In this document: positions 1 to 12,129 of the stretch, piece after piece
Numbering within the stretch: the stretch's first letter is position 1
Layout: every line of letters starts with the position of its first letter
From: Antedon mediterranea
Lineage: Eukaryota > Animalia > Echinodermata
Assembly: GCF_964355755.1 (NCBI RefSeq)
Contig: NC_092670.1
Span: 27,018,795 to 27,082,794, forward strand
DNA length: 64,000 bases
Direction: 5' to 3'
Position numbers and translations under genes: made by a program
The notes under the pieces: generated by a model
Databases searched by the model: none
Told to the model about the DNA's origin: nothing
Seen by the model: only the letters and a program-made list of their open reading frames with translations

Positions 1-555
1 CTCGTTCCCTGTGTGAATGCTGACGTCATCACTCTCCAAAAACACACCATTTTCCATTTCAGTTAATTACCGCCCTCGTCCACGTGTGCACGTGTTAGCA
101 AGGCCGTATTTATTTACACCCCTGTACAGAGTGGAGTGTATATAATATCGTGAACGTTTTTTATATAATAAATGGTATGCAGTATAAACGATAAAAATAA
201 ACGAGAAACACGGCCTAAAGCGTATGGCATTTTATTGATTTTGCTTTATAGACATGGCGATTAGTGCAACCATTGTATACTTACTAAATTACATTGAGTT
301 ATTCACCTGGCTGTAGGATATATCTCTGAGGTTACCACCACAACACAGTACACACATATGCACCATATCGGAGTACCGCATGATCAAAGTTTATTATTAA
401 TTTGTCGAAAAAGATCCGTACAGTATTTAGGAAGGATTTATTTAAATTTACATTATGTAATTGTAATGTTTGTTGTTAAATGTGATGGAAAATATTGCAG
501 TCTAGCGTATTAAACAGTGTGTAAGCATCTATTTTTTCAAAAAATTTCTGAGATT
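1..555 (+). repeat. Interspersed repeat, paralogous to 52030-53335 (interior of a hAT-like element)
   Basis: Collinear similarity, e.g. tttacacccctgtacagagtggagtgta and cgtacagtatttaggaaggattta occur in both places. Confidence 0.8.
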
Positions 556-1829
556 TCATACATTTATAAAATCATTATGCATAGAATAGATAGGATGTAA
601 TCAAAGTACAATATTGCCACTATTTTTTGCCCTCTACAAAACTATTGTATAGTTAATGTCACTATAATTTATAAACTATGGTATTACCAGACAAGTATAT
701 ACAGATGCTGTAACAAATTGAATGATCTGGGATCTGGTCTAGTGCATCATTTGTCTATTGCAGTATGTTTTACAGGTTATTATTATTTATCACCTGGATG
801 TGATAAAACTGGCTACATTTTTGCCATATTTATCTCTTCCCCGCTACAATGGAATTGAACTTTCTCATATCACTTTAAGAAATCGACAGGGCTAAAAAAC
901 ATTATTAGTGCCTCCTTTCCATACTCATTTATATACACATTAGTAGGCACATTTTGCACATCATTTTTAGAATGCAATTCTATGATGTTACAAAGTGTTT
1001 TGCAATTACATTTTTCAAAAAATGTTCATGTACTGGTGATTCTATAAATCTGCAAAGATAAGACAAATGCAAATTGATAATAAATAGATGGAAATATACT
1101 GTTTATTAAAATATTATTTAGTCCTACCGATCTCCTCACTGTTACCTCTATAGGCAGAGTTTTAAGCTCAAGTTATTCGAAATAACAACTCCCTGGTATC
1201 ACTATATAGTGCCACTTCAGCAGTAGGCCTGGCCTGGGTTGTGTTTTTACATTTATTTTGCATCTAGTAGGCCTAACTTTCACTTACTTTTTAACTATTT
1301 AGAGATCGTTATTTATATAAATTCAATAACAAATGTAAGAGTTAAAAACTAGATTAACACAAGCTTACATGGTGCTACACACATGGTTGTGTGATGTATA
1401 TGTTTTCTTCCATTCATGTCAGTAGTCACAAAAGCAGGGAGAAGACGATTTGATTGAAATTGAAATTTATTTACCAATTGTATTGGTGCTGCCGTTGTTG
1501 TGTACAGAACAATATTTGATTTATTTGTAACATTTCAACCATACAACCAAACCAAACATTACCAAAATGATTATCTTCACCCTGTTTCTTCTGGTAAAGG
1601 ACTACAGTATACTTTAAATGTTTATACTATTTTTAACAACCAAACTGAACATATCTCTGTTTCTTGGCAGGGGACCATATTAATTTAAAATAATGTGCTA
1701 TTTCCAACAGAAAAACTAAAATTAAGTATATTTTGTACTATGTGCCAGTTTTTTAGGTGATCATTTAGAATAAAATGATCACCTATTGTTATTGTATAAA
1801 ATCTTTATTCTTATGATTCTTCTTTATTT

Positions 1830-2765
1830 CTCTCTGTACAGATTTTGTGTAACAAATATCTCAAAAAGTTTAATGTTAATGATTACCAAAATTTCACAAT
1901 GTCTTTCAAATACTTTAACTTAGTCCGAATAAGCTTTTCATTTTCAAATGTGAACGTATACAACAATGTTTTCTCCTTTATTAGTTCGATGACAAACTTT
2001 TGCTTTTCGTCGAAGATAACTTTATCCGCTAGCTGCTTCGATTTCCGCCACTTATTCTGGGTTTTGTGAAACTTTTTTTATGATAGTCCTTTCTGGACAA
2101 TACTTGTCTAATACACAGTGAATTCCTTTATTATAAAGTTTGACTTGTGTGCTAGGGTCATTAGTTGTGAGTATAGGGTAAAGTTCTGCTTTGAGATCCT
2201 TTTTAAGCGACTCTATGATTACGCATTTAAAGCAACGCGATATTATAGTTAATTTTGATTGTTCTAGGTTACCTGCTTGTAGACGAAACGATATCATATT
2301 GTGATTTGATCCATAAGTGTTAGGTGATATTACACAATTTAAAACAGCTCCGTCATCCTTTCGTACGATAACATGATCTAGAGTGTGACCAGATTGCTGT
2401 GTTGGACCATCTACTAGTTGGATAAAGTTGTGGTCATGGATCAGGTTAAGATATCTAGAAGTATCCCATTTATCTGGAGTGTCCACATGAACATTTATAT
2501 CTCCAATAATGACGGGATTTCCGGACAGGCACGAAACTTCATGCAGAAAATCATCAAATTCTTCGATAAATGTGCAGGTTTTTAGTCCATTCCTTTGCGA
2601 TGGAGGGGGCCTGTAGACTACGACTAACTGATAGGTCTTCAATGGGTCGGTTAAGCATGCTTGTTCAAATGTAGTAAAATCGGATTTAAGTGGTGAACTT
2701 AGGTACGACTTATAGATAATTAATAATCCACCTCCATCTTGATTTGATTTGCGCGGGACATTCAA
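1830..2765 (-). mobile_element. CR1/L2-group LINE fragment, APE endonuclease region
   Basis: ORF 2052-2765 has the GGGL, VYRPP, GDINVH, PTQQSGHTLDHVI and SNH motifs of LINE endonucleases. Confidence 0.85.
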
Positions 2766-3066
2766 GAATGTATATCCATCAGGTGTACATTCAATTGGTG
2801 GTTACCATATAGTCTTCTGATATTTGTATTGTTCCAGATAATTTGGTTACCGAAGTTATCCTGTGGTTCCCTTTCCTTACTCCAAGCAATGCAGATATCT
2901 TTAATAAACTTGTTATCAACATTTGTGACATCTTTGATATGTAAATTACACCGAAAGATGAGTTCTTTTCCAAATGGAGAAAGAACTTGATCAAAGAACA
3001 TTTTCCAATATTCACATTTTTGTATCGTTTCCAGGTCGTTTTTAGAGCATTATGCAAATATGCATA

Positions 3067-6000
3067 TAGTACAGGAAAGATAAGCTCAGAATCAGTAAAA
3101 GGTTGAAAAAATTGTAACAGAATTTTTTTCAACACATAATGCATTTCTATTTAAGGTCCCTATATGAGCATACTAAAAGTCTAGAAAAATCCAGGTAGGG
3201 GAAATAGGTTTTTTAAAACAAAATGACCGCCAATGGCGAAAAATGTCTTAAAATGAACAAAAAACATTGTATATCTAATTACCGTACTTGATAGCAGTTT
3301 TTATTATGCTTTTTATATTTCTTTAGTGTCAAACATTTCAACTGTAATATATACATATTAATTTAAGTGCTATTTGGCAGCAAAACACACATTAAGTATC
3401 AAGATATCACCACGGTTATAATAATCGTAGTCATGCATTATAATGCAGGACTACGGTGTCTAATAAAACAGTTCATTTACATTTGTACTATCACAACAAT
3501 AGAATTATACAATCTTACAATCTATTAACCAATTCATTTTTTTAATGTCCGGTTATCATCGTATGTCTATAGGTAGGAATTGAGCATGTGCTGATGCCGT
3601 GGTATTCTTCACAAACAGTGGTACTGGGGGTAAATTTGTCATCAATGGACACACCACGCCATTTGTAACTTTCCATCCTCCAGTCTGTGGGTTGAAGAGT
3701 ATTTTCTATCCACTGCTGTACCATGGTAATAGACATGCAGGGAATGACATTTTGCAGCACTTGTTGTTGGGGGAATAGATTTTATTTGTGCTGTTTTGCT
3801 ACTTTCTCCTACTTTCTCCCAGAACGTATTCCTACAGAATAGCTACCAATGCCAATTCCCCTGATGCGATGACTTCTTTTTTTTGGGGACGTTTGGTTTT
3901 ACAGAATTTGTAAGCATACTACTGCAGGAGTGATGACTTTTTAAGACTAACACCTTATCCTCTATCAAATAGATGGGATGTAGTATCACATCCCTGGATT
4001 CCATGTATAAAGAGCAAATTAATTTGTACAGAGCTTCATACCAAGGAAAGACTTTACATGCATTCACAAGGCCCCATAGAGAACATACAGTATTAAACCA
4101 ATGAATGAAGCAGCAACCGTGACAGAATATTAATTTAAGAGGAAAGAACATATTATTACACTATGGGTCAAAATCAACCATATTCATCAATAGAGAAGCA
4201 GTCCACATTTATTTATTTATTTATTTATTTAATCTTTCTTTATTCTGAAATACACTTTCAATACAATGTACTGATTTCCAAAGTGGTTCAGTTCTTAACT
4301 ACATAAATGTAAACAAAATACAGTATATAAATGGACAAAAGAAAATATAAAATTAAACCTAAAATTATCAAAATCAAATTAACACAATTAAAGTAAGCAC
4401 ATTTAAAGGTTAAAACATAAATAATTGAGATTTTGAAACAAGATAAAAGAAGTTTTAATCATTGAGCATTAATTAGATTTAGTTTTGAATTAAAATTAAA
4501 GTTTTGAAATTTGTGATTTGAAAGTTGATACTGTCATATCATAAAGATCATTTTTTATTTTGTTAGGTAGAAAGTTCCATAATTTTGTAGATCTGTAATT
4601 AAAAGTTCTTTTACCTTGAGTATTATTCCATTTAGGTATTATCAAAGTGTTGTTACTTTGACTTCGTGTACCTTTATTGTGACTATCTTCAGTAAATATA
4701 AATTGAGTTGATAAATAGGGTGGTGCATGTCCATTTAGGCACTTGAAAAGTAATATTAGAATATGTTCATTCCATTTGTCCTTTAGTGTACTCCAACCAA
4801 GTGAGTTTAGGATATCACTAACATGAGTTTTGATATCTACAGATAATAATATTCTACCTAATCTATTTAATATAATTTGAAGAGAATCTGAAAAGTTTAC
4901 TTTACAATTTGATCAGACACAACTACAATAATGAAATAAAGGAATAACTAGTGCATTGGCTAACATTTTCAGAGTGTTTGATGGAATAAAATATTTTATA
5001 CGACGTATAACACCAATGCGTTTGGCAACTTTTGATGAAAGGCTATCAATATGATCAGCCCATGTTAGTTGAGTGTCAAAAGTTACACCTAAATATTTAG
5101 AAGAATTTACTCTCTCAATAATATGGTTATTAAAAGAAACAGAGATATTTTTAAACTTACTATACATGTGAGTAGTACTAAAAACCATAAGCTTTGTCTT
5201 TTTAATATTTAATGTTAGTTGGTTCATTAAGCCATTGAGTAACTTGATTAAAATTTACATCTATTTCATTTTGAAGCCTAAGTGGGTCAGATGAACTACA
5301 TAAAAGTGTGGTATCATCAGCATACATGACACATTTACATGATAAAGAATTAGGAAGTGAGTTAACATATAAAATAAAAAGCAATGGTCCTAATATTGAA
5401 CCTTGAGGAACTCCGATATTTACATTCAGTGATTCAGATTTACATGAATTAATACTAACAATTTGAGATCTTTGACTAAGATATGATTTAAACCATTTAA
5501 GCTCGGTACTATTTATTCCAAAACCCCTTAATTTATTAAGCATTATTTGATGATTTACCGTATCAAAGGCCTTTTTTAGGTTCAGGAATATAGCAGCTGT
5601 TGAAATACCTTTATCAAAATTATTTAAAATATAGTCTGTAACATCTAAGAGAGTGGTTTGGGTAGAGTGATTTTTCCTGAAACCTGATTGACATATACTA
5701 TTTCATCATTGATGGCTATGAGAGACAGTCATACACATGCATAATTTGTTGAAAAAGAACCTTGTACTTTTCCTGCAGCCCTCTTTTACTCCATTAACTC
5801 CATACATACTGCTAGACTACTCAGAAACCTTCATCTCACTGCCCTCTGTATGTTATCAATGGGTGAGCACTGCTACATCAAACCTCTTGGCCCGAAACAG
5901 CAACATTTCAAGACATTTATTGTGTACCATGTATGTTTGTTACGTTATGTGAAGGTAAAGTAAACTTTTGTGTTTTTATGGCTATAATTATGGGCTGTAA

Positions 6001-6665
6001 CAGTGTAAGTATATTTGGTTTAAGAAAAGGTGTTGGTCTTAAAAATCATCACATCACAGTTGGAGTAGTATGACAAATTCTGTAAACCAAACAGTTTCCA
6101 AAAAAAAAGAAGAAGAAAACATTGTATCAGAGAAATTTGGCAGTGGTAGAGCTATATGGAGGGAAGTCTATGGAGACTTTAGACAGCCTACTTTTCTTAC
6201 CCTTCCCATATGATCTTCCATCCCCCATCCCTATATTCCTCCCTGCTGGCACCACCAAAGTTGATATATTGTGAAATGAACTGATTTATTAGACACCGTA
6301 GTCCATATATTATAATATAAATAGATATATGTAGATACTTAAACATTTGTGTTGCGGCCATTTTCTAATTAACAGCACTTAAAATAATGTGTATATTGTA
6401 CTTCAGATCATCGAAACTGTAAAGAAATATATAAAGCATTGTAAAAACTGTTATAAAGTGGTAATTAGATCTATCATTAATGTTTTTTGTCCTTTTTTGG
6501 GCATTTTCGCCATTGGCGGCCATTTTGTTTAAAAAAACCTATTTCCGCTACCTGGATTTTTCTAGACTTTTAATATGTTTATATAGGGACCTTATAGAAA
6601 TGCATTGAGGTGAAATAAATTCTGTTGCAATTTTTTCAACCATATTTCATAGTTTTCCTGTACTA
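3067..6665 (-). mobile_element. Academ DNA transposon relic with ~400-bp imperfect TIRs (TAGTACAGGAAA...TTTCCTGTACTA) and 3-bp TSD ATA
   Basis: TIRs 3067-3470 and 6285-6665; ATA at 3064-3066 and 6666-6668; frameshifted transposase C-terminal motifs PPTTSAAKCHSLHVYY..QQW and GWKVTNGVVCPLMTNLPP at about 3600-3780 (-). Confidence 0.82.
4208..5700 (-). mobile_element. 5'-truncated L2/CR1-group (Crack/Daphne-like) LINE with (TAAA)n tail, nested in the Academ element
   Basis: RT motifs GVPQGSILGPLLF, YADDT, KYLGV; 3' end resembles that of the LINE ending at about 29985. Confidence 0.9.
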
Positions 6666-7884
6666 ATATAATAACCTTTAGTCCCCCTTGTTAATGTTGG
6701 CGTACATTGTATTCCTTCTGACTTTATCCGGTTTTCCATTCCAAATGAAATCAAAGATTCTGGACTTTTTGAATAAATGTTTTCGGAGGATTGGGGAGAA
6801 CTTGAAATAAGAAAACAAGCTGGCTAATAGCAAATGTTTTAAAAATAATGTGAGATCTCTCCCACTCAAAACCTTAAGCTGATTCTTTAGTCTAGATAGA
6901 TTCTGCAGATAATTAAGGCGGAAAGGTCATTACCATCGTGTGTAAAATTTATACCTAAATATTTAACTGGACCGTCAGTAACCGCGATACCTGTATCATT
7001 TATGTAAGGTGGATGCTCTGCCACAATGGAAAGAACTGCGATTTACTGTTGTTCATTTTAAGGCCGGATGATAAGTTAAAATCATTCAGTAGAGTAATTA
7101 ATCTGGTCGTCGAATTGCGACTTCCATCTAAAAAGAATGTGGTAGATCGTCCGCATATTGTAAGATTTTAATTTCTCGCCACATTAAGACCCCTTGCACT
7201 GTTATCATTATTAATTCTTCTGGCCAAAAGTTCTGCTGCGATGGAGGAAAATCCTGTTGAGTGACCATTATTTAACACGCAGGCCGTGCTACTGTCATAT
7301 AGCGTTTTAATCCATGAACTGAAACAGTTTCTAAAGTTAAAATAATTTGTCTGTCAGAAAATGGTTTTTGGTTAAAATTAACCGTTTCTTTTGTATTTAT
7401 AAGTGAAATCTTTTTTTTTAGAGAAGTGAGTAACTTTTTAAAGTCTGATTTTATTAATCTTCATTTTCATGTTTTTGTTACAAACATCGTACGCAGCTAT
7501 AGGCCCAGCCTGACGTTGTCTAATTGCTGCATTAATTGTCTTTCTGTTTTTGCCAGAATCCGTAATACAAATTGTGGGAAAACCCGGTAATTTCGTTGAA
7601 AGTTTCCGATTCTTCTATTTATTTTGGCCTTCACAATTGAAAGTGAATCACAGAAGAAAATCTAAAATATCAATCCGTGTGCAATGCATGTTGGGATATA
7701 TAGCAGGCCGCTAAAATTATTTGATTTTTCACATTTTTAACCGTTCAAAGACAAAAAAAGTTATCGCAATGAGACCATAGTCTTTATTTTTACATTAAAT
7801 GTAGGAAATAGAACTGTTGTACGTTTTACCTCTTGTACTCCTCAGTAATCCTCACAATATATTCATTGTTTTTCCTCCTTACAG

Positions 7885-7974
7885 TCTGTTGTACGCTCTT
7901 GTGAGGAATTGGCTAAAGAAGGAAATATTATTGAAAAAATATATGGAAAGCAGAAGGTTTACTGTTGCGACCAG
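7885..7974 (+). CDS. PSMC3IP: HOP2/PSMC3IP internal coding exon (winged-helix C-terminal part): SVVRSCEELAKEGNIIEKIYGKQKVYCCDQ
   Basis: ttacag acceptor and gtaggt donor; 90 nt, phase 0/0; peptide matches the HOP2 signature EKxYGKQKxY..DQ. Confidence 0.95.
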
Positions 7975-8205
7975 GTAGGTCAATCAACAAAAATGTAGGG
8001 AGGTAGGTATGTCATTCTGCAAGGCAATTACAACAATGCCACGTTGAAGAGAACCCACAAACTGTGAATTGGAATGAAGAATAATATGCAAACTGGCCTA
8101 TTATGACTATATGTACCCAATATTTTTTTAATCTCAGAAGCTGAGACATACTGGATACACCGTATCATACAGATATTAATTACTGTAGTTGTTTATTACT
8201 TTTAG

Positions 8206-8317
8206 AAAAAATTACCCAATGTAGATGAAAATGAGTTAAAAGAGATGGATGAAAAGATTAAACAACTGGATGAAAAATTGAAAACATCAAGGGATCATTG
8301 TAGAGAGAAAGAAAGAG
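8206..8317 (+). CDS. PSMC3IP: HOP2 coding exon (coiled coil): KKLPNVDENELKEMDEKIKQLDEKLKTSRDHCREKER
   Basis: ttttag acceptor, gtactg donor; 112 nt, ends in phase 1; in frame with the previous exon. Confidence 0.92.
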
Positions 8318-8854
8318 GTACTGTATGTCGAAATAATTCAGTTTGTTCGCCAGTTGTATCAAATTGTCCAGTGTTCTTCTGTAATCTCAGTTTAGCATTG
8401 TGGGCAGTAGAAGCATTGCTATCCAACCCGATTATATGTGGCACCAATCTTGACCATAGTGTCATGTTGGTGTCTTTAAAGTGTTTTCATCACAATATTG
8501 CATATTAATATATATATACCGAGCACAAAACCAGTTTGATAATGAAATAGGCACACCTACTAACCCACTACTGTAGTTAATATATAGTACTTTTAATACA
8601 ATTATATATAGATAGATAGATGAGGGCGTATCAATTTGATCTCTGATGCGCATGCGTACAATTGAGGGACTAGTGCTGTTCCGCAGTACCACGCCGAGAA
8701 TGTTGGTCCAGCTTCAAATCTCGGTTTGGGTGACTTTTTCTCATTCTCACAGATTTCCTCATCTTATTTCAATTTTTCAGTATTTTGCCTTTGAATTTAT
8801 ATATATATTTACAGTCAGGTATCGTCACCATTTACTTTATCCAAATTCCCTCAC

Positions 8855-8894
8855 TTGCACTGATGAAGGGCTAGTGTTGCCCGAAAGCTCTGCT
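8855..8894 (+). ncRNA. Minimal type I hammerhead ribozyme, copy 1
   Basis: GCA-CTGATGA(8860-8866)-A-GGGC tagtgtt GCCC-GAAA-GC-TC-TGC; palindromic AGCT stem III; predicted cut after C8890. Confidence 0.8.
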
Positions 8895-9167
8895 AACTTT
8901 TCTGGCTGTTTACTTTATCGTTTTGATTTAGCTTTTTGCTTTTTTTTTTGTATCTCCATTGAGATCCAGCCACTGATACCCATAGCATTGTAATTTTTTT
9001 CAGTAATTTGCCTTTGGATTTATATATGTTTTCTACTGTTTGTATCAATTTTGATCTGATTTTGCTGTAATTATGGAGGGTACTTTGGATAACTTTACCA
9101 AATTACGTCGCCTGTCCGAGAAACGTGTCAGGTATCGTCACCATTTACTTTATCCAAATTCCCTCAC

Positions 9168-9207
9168 TTGCACTGATGAAGGGCTAGTGTTGCCCGAAAG
9201 CTCTGCT
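9168..9207 (+). ncRNA. Minimal type I hammerhead ribozyme, copy 2 (identical to copy 1)
   Basis: CTGATGA at 9173-9179, same stems; predicted cut after C9203. Confidence 0.8.
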
Positions 9208-9444
9208 AACTTTTCTGGCTGTTTACTTTATCGTTGATTTAGCTTTTCGCTTTTTTTTTTGTATCTCCATTGAGATCCAGCCACTGATACCCACAGCATT
9301 GTCATTTTTTTCAGTAATTTGCCTTTGGATTTATATATATTTACAGTAATATATGTATATGTAAAACACATGTATATGTAGAGATGTTGATATAAAGTTT
9401 GCGGTACACCACGTGTATTAGTTCTGAAAAGAACTGTTGAGTTT

Positions 9445-9484
9445 CTCGACGTTTCGATCAATATGCTTTGATCGTCCTCAGGAG
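9445..9484 (-). ncRNA. Minimal type I hammerhead ribozyme of a second PLE family
   Basis: Minus strand: CTC-CTGAGGA-C-GATCAA agcata TTGATC-GAAA-CG-TC-GAG; GUC cleavage triplet, palindromic ACGT stem III. Confidence 0.78.
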
Positions 9485-9977
9485 TGACCTGAAATGAACT
9501 GTTGAGTTTCTCGACATTTCGAACAATATGCTTTGATCCTCCTCAAAGCATATTGATCGAAACGTCGAGAAACTCAACAGTTCTTTTCAGATCTAATACA
9601 TGTGGTGTACCGCAAACTTTATATCAACATTTGATTTTGCCTTGCAAACCTTCAAACAATATATATGCCCTTAAGGCCGCCCATACATATGACATATGTA
9701 GTTGGATGACGAAGAGACAACCAACGTGCAACGTGCGTAGACCGCCTTATTGTTTGTTTGACTTGAGTTATTGTTATTAAAGTTAGTTATAGCACATCTT
9801 TGTGTATTGTTTTATTATTGTGGTATTAACGAAGCAACCTACCCAAACAAAATCCAAAGGCAAAATACTGAAAAAAATAACAATGCTGTGGGTATCAATG
9901 GCTGGATCTCAATAAAGATACAAAAAAAAAGCAAAAAGCTAAATCAAAACAATAAAGTAAAACAGCCAGAAAAGTTA

Positions 9978-10003
9978 GCAGAGCTTTCAGGTTCATCAGT
10001 GCA
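9978..10003 (-). pseudogene. Defective hammerhead copy (stem II deleted)
   Basis: Minus strand TGCA-CTGATGA-ACCT-GAAAGCTC-TGC; same family as 8855 and 9168 but lacking the stem II hairpin. Confidence 0.7.
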
Positions 10004-11443
10004 AGTGAAGGTACTTGGACAAAGATATATAAATATATCAGGCAAGCGCTGCCTGGACAGGAATAAAACTTCCTACAGGGACATCTGGTGGTTGCTAAGA
10101 GACTCAAGCCTGAGAGTGGCAAGTGCATTGCCATAGTTCAAGCACACAGATCATCAACATACTTTCAGACCTGAAAATCAGAATAAAAAATAAATTCATT
10201 ATTCAATGCACCATTAATAATACAAAGAAAAATTATAGGGGCAAGAATAGTTCTTCTCCTGAAAGATTTTCCCAATCTAAAAAAATATTCATGTATTTAG
10301 TTCTTTGTTTTTTATTGGAAAGGTAATCGACGACCCGTTGCATGATAGAAGGCGAGACACTCGTATTAAGACAAAAATAGTTTCTCGAGACTCTCCTAAT
10401 AATACAAACCTATTATGTTAAAACCATGGCGTTTACTCATAAATTTTCAGACTGGCCATTATAATAATTAACCATTGACGCCAACCATTGGTTGAATCAG
10501 ATTGCTCTTGTTCTAAATAAACAATAGCCTGTCGTTGGCTCTGAATACGTTGTTACTTGTGGACTATAAACAATTAAGGGCCTAGTAGAAAAATATTTGC
10601 TTGTCATTGTGGTAGCCCGCTACGCAATGCATTACAGTATGCACACATACGTAAAGCCCGTAACGCAGAACTCAATGTTCCTAAGACATACAATTCGGAT
10701 AGATTTTCCTGAAATACACTGCAGTGATTACGGTATTATCTGGCTTGTTAAGGAAACTGTGACCTCTTCCTGGTATAAACGCAATCCGTTAAAACTTGCA
10801 AAATCACATGCACTACAAAATGTCTTTAAAGAACCTGAATGTCGGCGAAATAGCAGATTGCCGAAACGGATTGGACGGCCACTCAATAGAATAGGCAGAC
10901 AAACCCATCATTTTCACAAACCCAATCATTTTCTCAAACCCGCATCCCGGTTTCAAAATTGTGGATTAAATCTTGCGAGGCCTGTCAAATACGCATGGGA
11001 CCGAATCGTTTGCTGATTTAAAAACCTAAAATGTGTGACAATGATTCACTCGCGAGATAAATTTGAGCAGGGCCAATCAGGCTTGTTACTTTTAAGCTTC
11101 ATACACAAATAATATAAGCCATGGCAATGCAGAAACAACATACTGAAATTATACAACAAGCCTTTTGGCTATCGGTATTTTGTCCCTAATGAACGTCCAA
11201 TACCCTTAATTGGAGACTAGACCTACAGTAGACTGGCTTAACAAAGAGAATTATTAATGATCTAACTGAGACTGGCACAAGATCAATCAATTTCAGATGA
11301 ATTAGTTCCATTGTTTAAAAAGATAAAACCTTTTTTTGTGAGGAGTTGGGTACCTCGCCCTATTCATAGTGGTGGAGATGATACATCATGACCATCTAAC
11401 TAGATTTCTGGTTTACTTTAACTTTGAATTAGTTATCCGCATT

Positions 11444-12129
11444 TATTTATTATTTATTTATTACCATCTTTACTGAGGGTAGCCTATCCAGTTCCAAATA
11501 GAACTGGGTCATTCAGGGCCCTCGATAAAACATACATACAGTACAACACATAAAATATTAAATATTCAAATGACATAAAATATATTAAAGGCTTATACAT
11601 TTACAATGATTATATAAAATTCACATAAAAGTTAAAGTCGTTGACAGATAAAAAAAATATATATACATAGTACGAACAATCTTAACTGTAAATAAATTGT
11701 TTAAGTTCACGTTTAAAGGAAATAACATTTTCAGATTGTCGAATGATTTTAGGAATCATATTAAAATACATAGGCGCTTTATAAATAAAACATTGTTTAA
11801 AAATCTCTAAAGAAGGTCGAGGAATAATATAATTACAATTAGAGATGGATCTGGTAGTAGGTTGACCTCCGGGCTGAGTCCTGGTTAACATGCGACTGAT
11901 GTAATCCGGAACGGTATTGATGGAAGCCCGATAGGCGAGACAACCAACTGATAACGTTGAGAAACGGATGAGATAGAAATGGTATTTATCAATAAGGTGG
12001 GATGGGGTATGAGGGTGAACTTTCAAAATAACTCTTTTAGCTCTATTTTGAAGTTTTTGGACTTTAGCAACGAGTGGTGCTCGTGAGCCCCAGAGAGAAC
12101 AACAATAGTCAATATGAGGTAAGACAAGA
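11444..12129 (-). mobile_element. L2/CR1-group LINE 3' fragment with (TAAA)n tail and apparent TSD GCATT
   Basis: LVLPHIDYCCSLWG..KVQKLQNRAKRVIL..TTRS..FKQCFIYKAP..FKREL; GCATT at 11439-11443 and 12130-12134. Confidence 0.82.

Larger units (their letters stand above)
2762..7330 (-). mobile_element. Degenerate L1/Tx1 LINE ORF2 (RT and downstream region), split by an Academ insertion at 3067-6665
   Basis: 6678-6869 reads FDFIWNGKPDKVRRNTMY..KG and resumes below 3066 as HNALKTTWKRY..FIKDICIAWS..QIIWNNTNIR; degraded YADD-like region near 7150. Confidence 0.8.
8790..10045. mobile_element. Penelope-like element (PLE) pseudo-LTR cluster: two direct copies (about 8814-9030 and 9127-9340), one inverted copy (about 9850-10010), and a second PLE family at 9381-9632
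   Basis: Direct and inverted repeats each carry a hammerhead motif; short ORF start MEGTLDNFTKLRRLSEKRVRYRHHL at 9073 resembles PLE ORF N-termini. Confidence 0.75.

Noticed and set aside
1-7884. HOP2 N-terminal exons (NRPYS..LGK region)
   Set aside because: No matching peptide with splice sites was found by eye; probably upstream of the window
8245-8508. 87-aa ORF, and likewise 41552-41833, as standalone genes
   Set aside because: Each is a HOP2 exon read through into flanking intron sequence
10597-11016. 139-aa ORF as a protein-coding gene
   Set aside because: Non-ATG start, no recognisable motif and no supporting splice structure
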